From: a virus
Taxonomy: Duplodnaviria; Caudoviricetes
Length of the DNA stretch: 64,000 nucleotides
IMG/VR virus record: IMGVR_UViG_3300033463_000005
Span: 32,001-96,000 of that record
Direction: 5' to 3' (one strand)
The position numbers and the translations under genes are program-made. Below the pieces are notes generated by a model. That model saw nothing but the letters and a program-made list of their open reading frames with translations. It did not search any database and was not told the DNA's origin. This document shows, in pieces, positions 51,405 through 62,054 of this stretch (position 1 is its first letter; each line of letters opens with the position of its first letter).

Positions 51405-53240
51405 ATGGCAACGGAAGATACCAAGAAAACAACTTCCGGGGAAACAACAGAACCCACACAGCCAACATTTGACAGTACTACAAAAGCCGTTGAGAAAGCG
51501 TCGGAAAGCATTAAGACTGGTGCAAAAACAACCGGTCATGCAATTGATGACGTTGCATCGGCTGTCAGTGGTTTTGAAACACTGAAAGGGCAGATCAAAG
51601 CGAAGACTTCTGCATCAGCAGGTCAAATTGGATCTTCATCCATTGTTGGTAAAGCTGCACGGAATATCTTTGAATTCCCCGTGTTTGTTTCTTCCTCTGT
51701 TCCGATTGCATATGCAACTGCAACAAATGCATTGTTGGAACAAATGTATGCATCTTACTTGCAGATGGCGGTTTCCATCAATCCAGTTGTATCGGAAGAT
51801 GAAATCAAAAAAGGAACGTTGTTCAGCAAGTACAAGACAGATACAAATCGATATCTTGAATTTGCATCAGAGTTCTATCAGAAGGAAGCTTGTCACAATG
51901 TGATTCAGTTCGATGATTGTGTTACTGAATTCAACATGGTAACAGTTCCTGATGATGAGATGAAAGTCATACAGGAAGCACTTGCGTATGAACCACTGTC
52001 TGAATTTGACCACTACTTCCAGGAAGCGGCGCAAAAGTCTGATAAGATCAAACGGTTGGAAGCGGAAGTCAACAAAGTTCGTGATGAGTTGGATGATATC
52101 AATGCAATGATGTCAACCCCACAATTCCATGCATTGAGTTCTGCCGATCAACGTGGTACCAGAATGGATCGTGAACGTTTAAGACGTGAATTACAAACCG
52201 CTGAACGGACGCTCGCGGACGCAAAACGTGACGAACGCGAAGATTCCAAGCAATCGTATCAGGAGAAGAAGGATAAGAGAGAATCTGATTACAAGAAAAA
52301 GCGTGATAAAGAGGAATCCGAGTACAAGAAGCAACGTGATGAAGCACGTGATAAACGTGAACAAGAACGTGATGAATATCAGAAGAAACGTGATGAAGAA
52401 GAAAAAGCATATCGGGCTGAACGTGATGCAAAAACAGATGAAGATCGTGCACGTCATGCGGCAATGGATAATTTAAGCAAAACAAAAATGCTGTCTGACA
52501 TGAAGTATGCAAAAGACCGTCATGCAGTTGATATGAAGGTAAAAGCACCACAGATGTTGGATGAAACAAAGATCCAGAAGCTTAACAGCATGAAGCCACT
52601 CATGATGTCTGTTGGTGTCAAAGTCATGAATCGTGCCGGAAACGTTTCTGATATGATCGATTATGTCGTTGGTGTTAAGACACACTGCCGTGTTGTCAAA
52701 GCTTCTGTTCTTCCGGATGTGGTTGCATATCCGTCAGAGGCAAGCAATCTTCTTTCCAGACGTGCAAAATGGCGTGCAGGTGAAATCAAGTTCTTGGATT
52801 ATCTGTTCAATCGTGATGCAAAGAAACAAGCTGCATATGATTCACAGAGTGTTGATCGTAGATGGTATCATCGCTTGTATACACTTGCACACTCCAAGGG
52901 TTCTTCTTCCGTTGTGAAAAAGATTTCTGGAAAAGGTGCAAAGGGTGGTTTGATCCCGAATGTCACAATCGTCATGTCGAAAGCCGATGTCGATATGATT
53001 GAAGCAACGAAGGGTATCGATCTGATGAAGGGTAGTGTTGCAGCAAACTTCTGCAAAGAACTGTTCCTCATGGCTCTTGTTGTGATCGATACTGATTCTG
53101 AATCCGTGAAGATTCTGCTTCCTGACATTCATAGAGATTATGATGTTCATTCTATCGCATCGATCAACAAACAGCTTGCAACACTTGATACTTCCAACAC
53201 CGTTTCCCAGGAAGTTAACAAATTAATGCGTGGCAGATAA
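51405..53240 (+). CDS. Probable head/virion protein with charged coiled-coil insert
   Basis: Long ORF; K/R/D/E-rich stretch of about 11-aa period; IQEA and FQEA motifs. Confidence 0.65.
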   Translation: MATEDTKKTTSGETTEPTQPTFDSTTKAVEKASESIKTGAKTTGHAIDDVASAVSGFETLKGQIKAKTSASAGQIGSSSIVGKAARNIFEFPVFVSSSVPIAYATATNALLEQMYASYLQMAVSINPVVSEDEIKKGTLFSKYKTDTNRYLEFASEFYQKEACHNVIQFDDCVTEFNMVTVPDDEMKVIQEALAYEPLSEFDHYFQEAAQKSDKIKRLEAEVNKVRDELDDINAMMSTPQFHALSSADQRGTRMDRERLRRELQTAERTLADAKRDEREDSKQSYQEKKDKRESDYKKKRDKEESEYKKQRDEARDKREQERDEYQKKRDEEEKAYRAERDAKTDEDRARHAAMDNLSKTKMLSDMKYAKDRHAVDMKVKAPQMLDETKIQKLNSMKPLMMSVGVKVMNRAGNVSDMIDYVVGVKTHCRVVKASVLPDVVAYPSEASNLLSRRAKWRAGEIKFLDYLFNRDAKKQAAYDSQSVDRRWYHRLYTLAHSKGSSSVVKKISGKGAKGGLIPNVTIVMSKADVDMIEATKGIDLMKGSVAANFCKELFLMALVVIDTDSESVKILLPDIHRDYDVHSIASINKQLATLDTSNTVSQEVNKLMRGR

Positions 53241-53263
53241 TGACAGGAAGGAGATGATTCATC

Positions 53264-54577
53264 ATGTTTGGTAAGAATAAAAACCAAAGAAAATTAGAAG
53301 CAACAATGCTTTCTATCAATTCAATTCTTCGAGAAATTTATTCTAATAAATCTTCCGATGAATTTAAAATGAAGGGTGATATTTCAAAATCTCCATCTTA
53401 TGGTGATATTGAAAAGATGGTCGCCGATCTGTCCACCCTCAAGGGATATTCAAAAGGCGATGCTTCTGCAATCAAGCAGATGTTCAACACGTTGCATCGT
53501 CCTATTTTCAAATCTCTTGTGAAAGAATACATTATGGAACCAAACGATCGTAATACGATCTTCACCTCAATGTATACAATTGGTTACAGACTGCTCGTTG
53601 GTGAACTTTCACGCATTTACTCTTCGACACAAGCTAACCCTTCTGGCATCGTGTATAAACCGGATAAGATTTCCAGAAAAGAAGATGCCGGAAAAATGAT
53701 TCGTCTGTTTAATGATGATCTGGAAGCAAAACTCGATAAGTGTGTTCGCGATCTGCATGCAGATCCGAATTCCGCTTCTCCTGTCAATGAGGCTTATCTC
53801 ATGGAGATGTTTAATCTCGTTCAAGAAGGTTTTGGTTTCCGTGAAATCAGAAACCCGGAAAATGTTTCAGACGAAGCTCCGAAACAAAATGATCCTAAGG
53901 CACCACCGAAGGAAATCGGCGAAATTGGTAAAAAATCATATCCAAAACCTCCAGCTGAAATTGGTGAGATTCAGGAAGATGCGGAACCAGTTGATGATTC
54001 CGTGGTTGATAGTTCTGAAGAACCGGATACCAATGTGTCAGATTCCGATGAATCTGTCCAGGAGTCCATGGAAGGAGTATTGTCAGCCGTTGGTAAAGGT
54101 GCTGCTGCAGTTGGTAGTGCTTTCAAAACAGTCGGTTCTGTTGCAGGATTGGTCGTTGCGGGTGCATCAGCAATTGGTGCATTGTTCTCATTCCTGAATG
54201 GTATGATTGCTGGATTCAATCCGATCGCAAGATTCAACTATTTCTTCATGGATTCCTATGAGAAGAAGATCAGTCAATTGGCTTCTGTCTCAGCAAATTA
54301 TCAGGAGACAAAGAAAGCATATGAAGAATATATGAAGATTCCGGAAGCGAAGCGTAGCAAGAAAGTGGAAAGCAAGTATATTCAGAATATGGAAAAGTAT
54401 AATGTTACGATGAAGAATCTTGCTGCAGAAATTGAACACTACAATCAGCGTGCTGAAAAGGAAGCTGAAGAAACTGTGAATGAAACAGAAAAGAAGATTC
54501 CGAATACAAATGCACCAACATCATCCGACGAAAAGAAACCGGATGATACAAAGCAGGATGATGATTTCCAATTCTAA
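53264..54577 (+). CDS. Probable head/virion protein with acidic spacer
   Basis: VNEA, VQEG, IQED and VQES motifs precede a hydrophobic Gly/Ala helix. Confidence 0.65.
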   Translation: MFGKNKNQRKLEATMLSINSILREIYSNKSSDEFKMKGDISKSPSYGDIEKMVADLSTLKGYSKGDASAIKQMFNTLHRPIFKSLVKEYIMEPNDRNTIFTSMYTIGYRLLVGELSRIYSSTQANPSGIVYKPDKISRKEDAGKMIRLFNDDLEAKLDKCVRDLHADPNSASPVNEAYLMEMFNLVQEGFGFREIRNPENVSDEAPKQNDPKAPPKEIGEIGKKSYPKPPAEIGEIQEDAEPVDDSVVDSSEEPDTNVSDSDESVQESMEGVLSAVGKGAAAVGSAFKTVGSVAGLVVAGASAIGALFSFLNGMIAGFNPIARFNYFFMDSYEKKISQLASVSANYQETKKAYEEYMKIPEAKRSKKVESKYIQNMEKYNVTMKNLAAEIEHYNQRAEKEAEETVNETEKKIPNTNAPTSSDEKKPDDTKQDDDFQF

Positions 54578-54664
54578 TGATGAAAACGAGGTGAGGGGCA
54601 TTGCCCCTCACCATACTTTTCTCTCATTTACACACATATCATTATATGCGAATGGGGTGATTGG

Positions 54665-55078
54665 ATGAAGTTGCAATATATCATACATGATATATCTGAA
54701 GTGCTGGTGCAACATTACATAAAAATCAGAGATATCAAAGTAATGAATAATAAATACAGCGTGATGGTACTTCATATGAAACAAGCGATTGCAGATACAT
54801 TCAAATTCATGTATCGAGATTTTGATGACGTATACAGTATTGATATTTATTATGGATTTCAGAAAACAACATGTGTATTGGGATATGAATTGGATTATGA
54901 CAGAACCATTGTATCAAAAATGATTGATACAATGAAAACTATACTTAATAAAACAGATTCATTTGCTGGTCAGGAAAATTCGAATGATGATGTGATCAAT
55001 ATTCATGTTTGTCCATTTGATGATTTTCTCATTACGATGGATGATATTATAACATTATTGAATCTTGACTGTGTTTAA
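54665..55078 (+). CDS. Hypothetical protein
   Basis: RBS GGGGTG; CATATCAT early-like motif at 54635-54642. Confidence 0.65.
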   Translation: MKLQYIIHDISEVLVQHYIKIRDIKVMNNKYSVMVLHMKQAIADTFKFMYRDFDDVYSIDIYYGFQKTTCVLGYELDYDRTIVSKMIDTMKTILNKTDSFAGQENSNDDVINIHVCPFDDFLITMDDIITLLNLDCV

Positions 55079-55385
55079 TAAAATGCTATTACGTAAATAT
55101 TTCACATTATCATTATTTACATAGATTTATGTTATAAATTGAAATGAGGTGAATTCACATGGGGAGAGCGATTCAAATTCTCGATGAAAATCAAAAGCTG
55201 ATTGGAGAATTAATGACTGCTTCTGATACGGATATTGTCAAGTATATTGCAAAAGGTTTACGAGTCGTTGACAAGAAAACTGGTGAAATGATTACAGAAG
55301 CTGATATCACACCATGTATGGGTGTGTCCGATGGTGAAATGATTCTGGAATAATATGTGACATCATTACGTAATAGCATTTTATT
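55077..55385. repeat. 20-bp perfect inverted repeats (55077-55096 / 55366-55385) flanking a small gene
   Basis: AATAAAATGCTATTACGTAA and its exact reverse complement, extending imperfectly 11 bp inward. Confidence 0.85.
55159..55353 (+). CDS. Small hypothetical protein (64 aa)
   Basis: RBS GAGGTG; sits inside the inverted repeats. Confidence 0.7.
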   Translation: MGRAIQILDENQKLIGELMTASDTDIVKYIAKGLRVVDKKTGEMITEADITPCMGVSDGEMILE

Positions 55386-55477
55386 GATTATACATACATA
55401 TATACTTCCATTGTATATAGCTGGATTATTCTGATTCAGTTTATATATAACCATATTTTCTTAAGGAGGAACACATT

Positions 55478-55882
55478 ATGGCAACGAACAAAGTTTCCAG
55501 TCTCCCTGAGTGGGTGCAGTACAGCAATGCTAGACTGCAGGAGGCGGCCCGTGCAGACTTCAAGAAGAATGCTGCAAAACTGGGTTACCCGAGCAAGGAT
55601 GAAATCTCCATTGTTGATAATGCAACTCTGGACATTTCCAACACTATGAGCGCCATTCCTGGTGCAATCTCCGGTTACATGCATGATCAGGGTCGTGCAT
55701 TCGATCTTCCGGCTCCGGATGCAAAGACCGCTCCGGCAACGCTGAAGGTCGTTAAGGTTCCGAAGAAGACCAAGACTGGTAAGATCATGCTCGGTGACAA
55801 GAAGGGTGAGACCTACACTTCTACCATCGAGGCTCATGAGGAAGTCAAGGTTAAATCTCGTAACAAGGGCTTCAAGAAGTAA
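55478..55882 (+). CDS. Divergent HU/IHF-like DNA-binding protein
   Basis: Arm-like ATLKVVKVPKKTKTG...KGETYTSTIEAHEEVKVK; basic; RBS AAGGAGG; codon bias suggests high expression. Confidence 0.55.
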   Translation: MATNKVSSLPEWVQYSNARLQEAARADFKKNAAKLGYPSKDEISIVDNATLDISNTMSAIPGAISGYMHDQGRAFDLPAPDAKTAPATLKVVKVPKKTKTGKIMLGDKKGETYTSTIEAHEEVKVKSRNKGFKK

Positions 55883-56014
55883 TTCAAAATCAGGATACGA
55901 CGATTGGATGTGGGGAGGCATTGCCTCCCCATTTCTAATTTTTTATTTTTATTATATATATAATTAATATGATATGATAAAAGCATATCAAAATAAAATC
56001 TGGAGGTACCGAAA

Positions 56015-56371
56015 ATGGATAAAAAGTACGTACTCGACATGATCAATCGAGACAGTCTGTTCAGAATCATTTGCATGAATCTGAACAAGATTCTGGAACA
56101 GGAATATGTGAAAGAGCGTATTCCGTTGACGAATGAAACAACAACAATCAACATTCACACCAACCGGGTTTTGGCACTTTATATCAATGCCGGAACAATC
56201 AGAGTGAAACTGTACGATCACAACAATGTTGTCGGATTGTACATGCTGACGGTCTTGCCAAACAAGTGTGTGACATACGGTATCAGCGAAATCGTACCGT
56301 CACATCTTGTTGGCAAAATCGCGGCAATGTGGGAAGAAACATTCCGCGAAACGACAAAAGTCGTCAAATAA
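56015..56371 (+). CDS. Hypothetical early protein
   Basis: RBS GGAGGT; TATATAAT promoter at 55957-55964; terminator at 56374-56396. Confidence 0.7.
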   Translation: MDKKYVLDMINRDSLFRIICMNLNKILEQEYVKERIPLTNETTTINIHTNRVLALYINAGTIRVKLYDHNNVVGLYMLTVLPNKCVTYGISEIVPSHLVGKIAAMWEETFRETTKVVK

Positions 56372-56407
56372 ATATGGAGGGGCAAAAGCCCCTCCAATTA
56401 TTTTTTC

Positions 56408-59400
56408 TTATACGACTGATGCGAATGCCTCAATGAATTCATCATCGTCATCTTCCAAATATTCTGGTAATTCATCGAAGATTGATTCTACCAAATCTCT
56501 GATTGGTTGTGATTCCACATCATATGTCGCATATAGAATCGAATCCAAATGATCCAATAAACTATATTGCATATTCATGAAATCATTCACAATGATTGGT
56601 TGACCTCCATCCATTGATGATACATCACCAGAACCATGTAAAGCATAATAATAATCTTCTGCTTTTTGATGACGCTTATTGATGTCTGTTTGTGACATCC
56701 ACGAATATCTCTTTAAAACTTCCGCGTCGCTGTTGAAATCAACACCTGCAGCAAATCTCCAGAAGAAGTATTTGTTTGCTTCTGTCGGTGATGATGCTCG
56801 TGATATTGCATTAAACAATGACGTTCCTTTGTATTTGGCTCCGCGTAATTGTGATGTCAATAGATCCAACTGTGATGGAACATCTGCAATGGATTTACCA
56901 CGTTTCACGGTTCTCGCATACAGATCACGTTTGAGATTTGATGATGTGAATTGTGACAAACCGTAACCAACAGCTTCACCCGGAGTCTGACTGCTGTAAC
57001 GTCTGTACTTTCTACCAGTGATGAATTGCTGTTCGCTTTCTTTACCAGTATCAACCGCTCTGGTATACTCTTCGTCGGACATTCCAAAGAATGTTGGCTT
57101 ATTGTATTCATCTTCCAGATTGTTCGATTTCATTCCGGATTCGTGATACAAAATACCCATAATACCAGCAGCACCAATCTCACTCATTCCAAGAGTATGA
57201 ACGAGATACTGGAATATTTGTCTCTCATTCATATTCACATTTTCTGCATTGGAACCAATGTATCTTGTTATTGGTTTACCGACATAACGAATGATACGTG
57301 TTGGGCTTTTATAAGGGTCATCTTTACCACCACCCATTGCTGTGTGCAGATAACTTTGCCAATTTTTATCACCCGTTAGATATGCTGTCGCGGCTTTGAT
57401 TGAATCCGGGATACCAGTTCCTTTCGAGATTGAACCCGCACCAGAACCACCGTCAAATCCATGTGTCTTTTTATTGTATTCCAAATCAATCAATGGCATA
57501 CTGACATGACCATTCACAGCTGTAATATCACCATACTGAAGATCATTCACATCAAAATCAAGATATGCCCAGTCTGGTGATGCTTGACCTGTTTTCGGAT
57601 CCAAGATGAAAGCATTCTGTCCAGCAAATACTGGTGAACGAACAGAACCATTTGGTTCAGCATTTTTCAATTGATATCCCATTTCAGTAATAGCCATTGA
57701 TACAATACCAGAGCAGTCGGGTCTTAAGTTTCGTTGATGCCCATTCAGCGAGATTGTTTTTGTCGTTCCATAGTTATAATGACCAGCAGGATCAATCTTT
57801 CCATATGCATTGTACACAGTTGCAATACTTCGAACAAGATCTTCTTTATCATATCCTTCAGTATAGGTTCCGCCTCGTGAACTTCCGACCGTATCCGCAA
57901 ATTGTTGAATGCCAGATCCTTGTTGAACTTGTGAATCAATGTCACCAAATGTATCTGCAAATCCAGACAGGAAACCGGAATCACCAACGGATTCATTCAA
58001 CATTTTCGTGAATGCGTCATCTGAACCACCTGGTGATGATTTCACTTTGTCACGAAGAATGCTGGATGCTGCCATGGTCCAATAACGTGCTTTCTTTGAT
58101 TCATATCGTTTCTTATAATCCTTATCGGATTCTTCGTCTTGTTGTGGATTTTCATTCTTGAACAATTCAAACGCTTTTGAATCAACTTGCTGACGCTCCT
58201 CTTCCGACAATTGCGCTTCTGCATCGATTTGTGATTGTTGATATGCATTCTTTTCATCTTCATCTTTGATTGCTGCAGATACAGAATCATCACCCGTGAA
58301 GATATTTACAATACCACCAACAATTTCACGCAATGTGCTCAAAGCATCCTGAACAGAGTCAGAGAATTCAATGGGAGAATCACCGGAACCAGTCAGTCCA
58401 TCCATCACAGAACCATGCATGACATATTGTGTTGATTCAGATTGTTTTGATTTTTGATTCGATGATTCATCGTTTGCTGATGCAGGAACCACAAGTTCAA
58501 CCGCATCTTTTATTGTTTGATTAATCAAGAATACTTGGTTCTTCATACCGGTTACAACATTATTGATGCCACCGGTAATCATGGTCGTGCCAGTTTCCAT
58601 CAACTGTTTACCTTGATCAATTAAGGAACGTGCACCAAACAGTTTACCAATGTAACCAACTGCGGTCATGATACCACCAAGCAATGTCAATATCAAACCA
58701 AAACTGACTTGCAAGAATCCAGCTTGAATCTGAATAATGTTTGCAATGAATTTGATTCTTGGTATAATATAGATCTTCAACAATGCAGTCAACGGAATTA
58801 CCAATAATGAAATCATGGAACTCAACATTTCCAATATTGGAGACAATGTCTCCATGATTCGTTCGATGATCGGATTAATTAATTCCAACATCGGTTGGAT
58901 CAATCCAACAATCGATTTGACAATTTCCGTGATAGCTTGAACGATTGTTGTCAACATCTTTTGAATTGTTGTCAAAATCGGTTTGATTAATTTGATGACG
59001 GTGAAGAATACCTTATTCAATGGCTTCAATGATTTTGTTAAAATGGATTCAATCATATCCATTAATTTGGTTGCACCCTTTAACACAGCAACAGCAGATG
59101 CAATTGATGCCATGATTGCAGATAGGATATTTGCAATACCTCCGACAATCTTACCAAAGTTATATGCGGCACCCTTTTTCTTCAAACGTTCCCGTTCTTC
59201 TTGACGTTTCTTTTTCCGTTCTTCCCGTTTCTCTGGGGATAATTTGTCATGGAGATTGTGAAACCAATCTTTCACAGTTTCCCCAATGTTATCTAACAAA
59301 GACTTGATAAACGTTAAGAACGAGAAACCTTTTGTTTGTTTGGATAATAATTTCTCAATGTCATTAGAATTATAATCTTCTAATGTTTTAGAAGCAATTT

Positions 59401-62020
59401 TATTTTTTCTCTTGAATGCATCCGCAAATCCTTGACCAAATTTTGAGTTCTTTAATTTATCAAACAATTTGGATGGTCCACGTTGACTCAACTTCTCTTG
59501 CATCCGTTCAACACGAGACGCTTCATCTTCTTCTTTCTGTTGTTGTGCAACACGTTTGTTGTGTTCTTCAATGATCTTTTGTTGTTTTCGAATTAATTCC
59601 AAATTACGATCATATTGTGCCCAACGTTCTTTTTGTCGGGTCTTATCAATGTTTCGAATCTCTTTGGATTTCTGTCTATATTGATATGCTTTGACCAAAT
59701 TATTCTTAATATCAACAATACCTTTTCCAACCGATTTCACATTATTCTTCAAACCACGGACACCAGCCAATGCGGAAGCCGCACCGGTACTGACATTGAA
59801 CAGTGATTTGTTCAAAGACTTTATCACAAATGGTGTGAACTTCTTTCCGATTGACATTGTCAACTTACGTGTATTTTTGAATATTTTTGAAATCATCGGT
59901 TTTCCAAATGTCCAAACAAGCATCAATGCTTTTCCAAAGATTGTCTTTTGTGCAGACACCTTCTTCATTCGATCTTTAAAACCGGTGATCATACCTTGTA
60001 ATCTGGATCGTATATCATCATTTGTGATTTTTGATAAACGTGATAACAGGTCTCCGGAATCCTGTTCGGACATTTCACCATCTTGTGCAACGGCTTTCAT
60101 ACCAGCCAAGACTTCTTTTTGTTTCATTCGATCTGGATTCAATGCATCTGATATTTTACCTGCAACAGAAGAAACCTTATCCAAGATACCACTCGGAATC
60201 ATTTTTAAGATATCATCAATTGTAATCGGTGATGATGATGGATTTTTATTGGATGATTCATAGACTTCTTTTTCAGGAATCACAGATGATGTTTCACCAT
60301 TCTGTTTTGGAGATTCCATTGTGACTTGTAATGGGTTCATTCGTTTCATACTACCATTTTGGAAATATGTATTGAGACCCATATTCAATCTACCAAAGAT
60401 TGCAGATAGATATTTCAATTTTTCTTGATATACGTTTTCATATGTTTCTTTTGTTGATTCAATTCCGGCAGCACGAAGTTTATACTCCATATCAACAAAG
60501 CTGGTGATAGGTTCATTGTAACGTTCCATCTGATCTTTTGTCAATGTAGAACGTTTGATGACTCCTTCATCAACCAATTGTTTCAATGTCTTTCCAGCAT
60601 ATTCGAATTCACTTGTTTCATGTTTCAATCGTTCTAATACAACTTGATCGAACATGTCTTGTGTGAATTGCATATCTTCGGAACCGTCGGATGTGATTGC
60701 ATATTTTCGTGCAGATTGATGTAATTGTGCGGCACATTGATTAATCAATCTTGCCATACTCTTACGGAATTTTTCATCAAGCTGCAGTTGAACCTGTAAT
60801 GCTGTCAACAAGGTTGTCCATTTCTTCGTATCATATTTTTTGGATTTCAATAATACTTGCAAAATATGATTTCGAACAGAAATTAGTCCACCATTATTGA
60901 ACACTTTTGGATCCAATATTTCGATCCCACGGGTATACATGTAATAGACATATTGGGAAATGAAAATGCGTTGGATTTCTTTCACATCTGCAGTTGAAAT
61001 CGTTTTGTCCAGATTGTTTGAATGTGCCGTCAGCAAATTTGTACGCTGTTCACTTAACGCAGGAATATCAAACATATTATGGATCAAACCGACAAAGCCT
61101 CGTGGTTTCTCTGTTGTCAACTCACCATAGGCACTAACATGATACATCGTATTCGTTGTTTCTCGTGTAATGATTTTCAAATATGATGGGATAACAGAGA
61201 CAATCGAATGACGTGTCATGTTGTCAAATAATGCACGTTCTTTGTTATAACCATTCTCAATATAGGAAGAATAGTCTGTTTGTCGATTTGAATTCAAATT
61301 GAGATTCTTTTTAATGAAAGGGATATTCAGAATTGACGTTACCAGATTATTCTGGAAATTCAAAATCGTATCATTCAACTTTGAATCAAGTTGATCCAAT
61401 TTCAAAAGTTGCATGGCACGTTTTGTTGTGGATTGTGTATCTGATTTTGACACATTTCTCAAATGATCAAATACACTCTTGATTGTCAATCTTCCTTTTG
61501 CGTCATAGATCGTTTGTTCATTCCGACGAGCCTTTTCTGCCGCAGTCATATGAATTTCTAACAAGCGATCCAATTTACTCATAATCGACGAAATGTATGA
61601 TGTGGAGTGTTGTAGACTTGTAATGATTTCTGTACTACGATCATCAATAACTTGTATGATTTCTGCAGTCGTATGTAATTTTGCTTCAACCTGCTTCTTT
61701 CCAACGCGGTACATTTCATTTCGTTGTGATTGAGTAATATCGTCAAGCTGTTGTTGGCTTAATACCGATGATGAATGTAATCCGATATCATCCTCATCAT
61801 CCAGCAAACTGTCATTTGATTCATCTGTTCGTTGATCAAACCATGACAACAGTTTTCTCATATAAACGTTATCATGTTTTAATTCCATTAAACGTTGCGA
61901 AGTGTTTTGATACCCGCCAGTCAATGACTCACGAATGCGCGTTGTATCATGCTTCAATCGTTGCAACGTTTGAAATGTTGATGATTCGCTTACAACGCGA
62001 TTCAACAGGTTCGACATCAT
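56408..62020 (-). CDS. Tape-measure-like tail protein with NlpC/P60-type amidase and phage tail lysozyme domains
   Basis: Amphipathic helical repeats; RPDCSGIVS...GHVSM; GAAGIMGILYHESG...GYGLSQFT...QLDLL. Confidence 0.8.
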   Translation of the reverse strand: MMSNLLNRVVSESSTFQTLQRLKHDTTRIRESLTGGYQNTSQRLMELKHDNVYMRKLLSWFDQRTDESNDSLLDDEDDIGLHSSSVLSQQQLDDITQSQRNEMYRVGKKQVEAKLHTTAEIIQVIDDRSTEIITSLQHSTSYISSIMSKLDRLLEIHMTAAEKARRNEQTIYDAKGRLTIKSVFDHLRNVSKSDTQSTTKRAMQLLKLDQLDSKLNDTILNFQNNLVTSILNIPFIKKNLNLNSNRQTDYSSYIENGYNKERALFDNMTRHSIVSVIPSYLKIITRETTNTMYHVSAYGELTTEKPRGFVGLIHNMFDIPALSEQRTNLLTAHSNNLDKTISTADVKEIQRIFISQYVYYMYTRGIEILDPKVFNNGGLISVRNHILQVLLKSKKYDTKKWTTLLTALQVQLQLDEKFRKSMARLINQCAAQLHQSARKYAITSDGSEDMQFTQDMFDQVVLERLKHETSEFEYAGKTLKQLVDEGVIKRSTLTKDQMERYNEPITSFVDMEYKLRAAGIESTKETYENVYQEKLKYLSAIFGRLNMGLNTYFQNGSMKRMNPLQVTMESPKQNGETSSVIPEKEVYESSNKNPSSSPITIDDILKMIPSGILDKVSSVAGKISDALNPDRMKQKEVLAGMKAVAQDGEMSEQDSGDLLSRLSKITNDDIRSRLQGMITGFKDRMKKVSAQKTIFGKALMLVWTFGKPMISKIFKNTRKLTMSIGKKFTPFVIKSLNKSLFNVSTGAASALAGVRGLKNNVKSVGKGIVDIKNNLVKAYQYRQKSKEIRNIDKTRQKERWAQYDRNLELIRKQQKIIEEHNKRVAQQQKEEDEASRVERMQEKLSQRGPSKLFDKLKNSKFGQGFADAFKRKNKIASKTLEDYNSNDIEKLLSKQTKGFSFLTFIKSLLDNIGETVKDWFHNLHDKLSPEKREERKKKRQEERERLKKKGAAYNFGKIVGGIANILSAIMASIASAVAVLKGATKLMDMIESILTKSLKPLNKVFFTVIKLIKPILTTIQKMLTTIVQAITEIVKSIVGLIQPMLELINPIIERIMETLSPILEMLSSMISLLVIPLTALLKIYIIPRIKFIANIIQIQAGFLQVSFGLILTLLGGIMTAVGYIGKLFGARSLIDQGKQLMETGTTMITGGINNVVTGMKNQVFLINQTIKDAVELVVPASANDESSNQKSKQSESTQYVMHGSVMDGLTGSGDSPIEFSDSVQDALSTLREIVGGIVNIFTGDDSVSAAIKDEDEKNAYQQSQIDAEAQLSEEERQQVDSKAFELFKNENPQQDEESDKDYKKRYESKKARYWTMAASSILRDKVKSSPGGSDDAFTKMLNESVGDSGFLSGFADTFGDIDSQVQQGSGIQQFADTVGSSRGGTYTEGYDKEDLVRSIATVYNAYGKIDPAGHYNYGTTKTISLNGHQRNLRPDCSGIVSMAITEMGYQLKNAEPNGSVRSPVFAGQNAFILDPKTGQASPDWAYLDFDVNDLQYGDITAVNGHVSMPLIDLEYNKKTHGFDGGSGAGSISKGTGIPDSIKAATAYLTGDKNWQSYLHTAMGGGKDDPYKSPTRIIRYVGKPITRYIGSNAENVNMNERQIFQYLVHTLGMSEIGAAGIMGILYHESGMKSNNLEDEYNKPTFFGMSDEEYTRAVDTGKESEQQFITGRKYRRYSSQTPGEAVGYGLSQFTSSNLKRDLYARTVKRGKSIADVPSQLDLLTSQLRGAKYKGTSLFNAISRASSPTEANKYFFWRFAAGVDFNSDAEVLKRYSWMSQTDINKRHQKAEDYYYALHGSGDVSSMDGGQPIIVNDFMNMQYSLLDHLDSILYATYDVESQPIRDLVESIFDELPEYLEDDDDEFIEAFASVV

Positions 62021-62054
62021 CATCACTTCCTTTATATAAAATCTCACAAGATAA

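Noticed and set aside
52230-52450. CGTGA-rich quasi-repeat DNA
   Set aside because: Explained by the low-complexity KRDE coiled-coil coding sequence.
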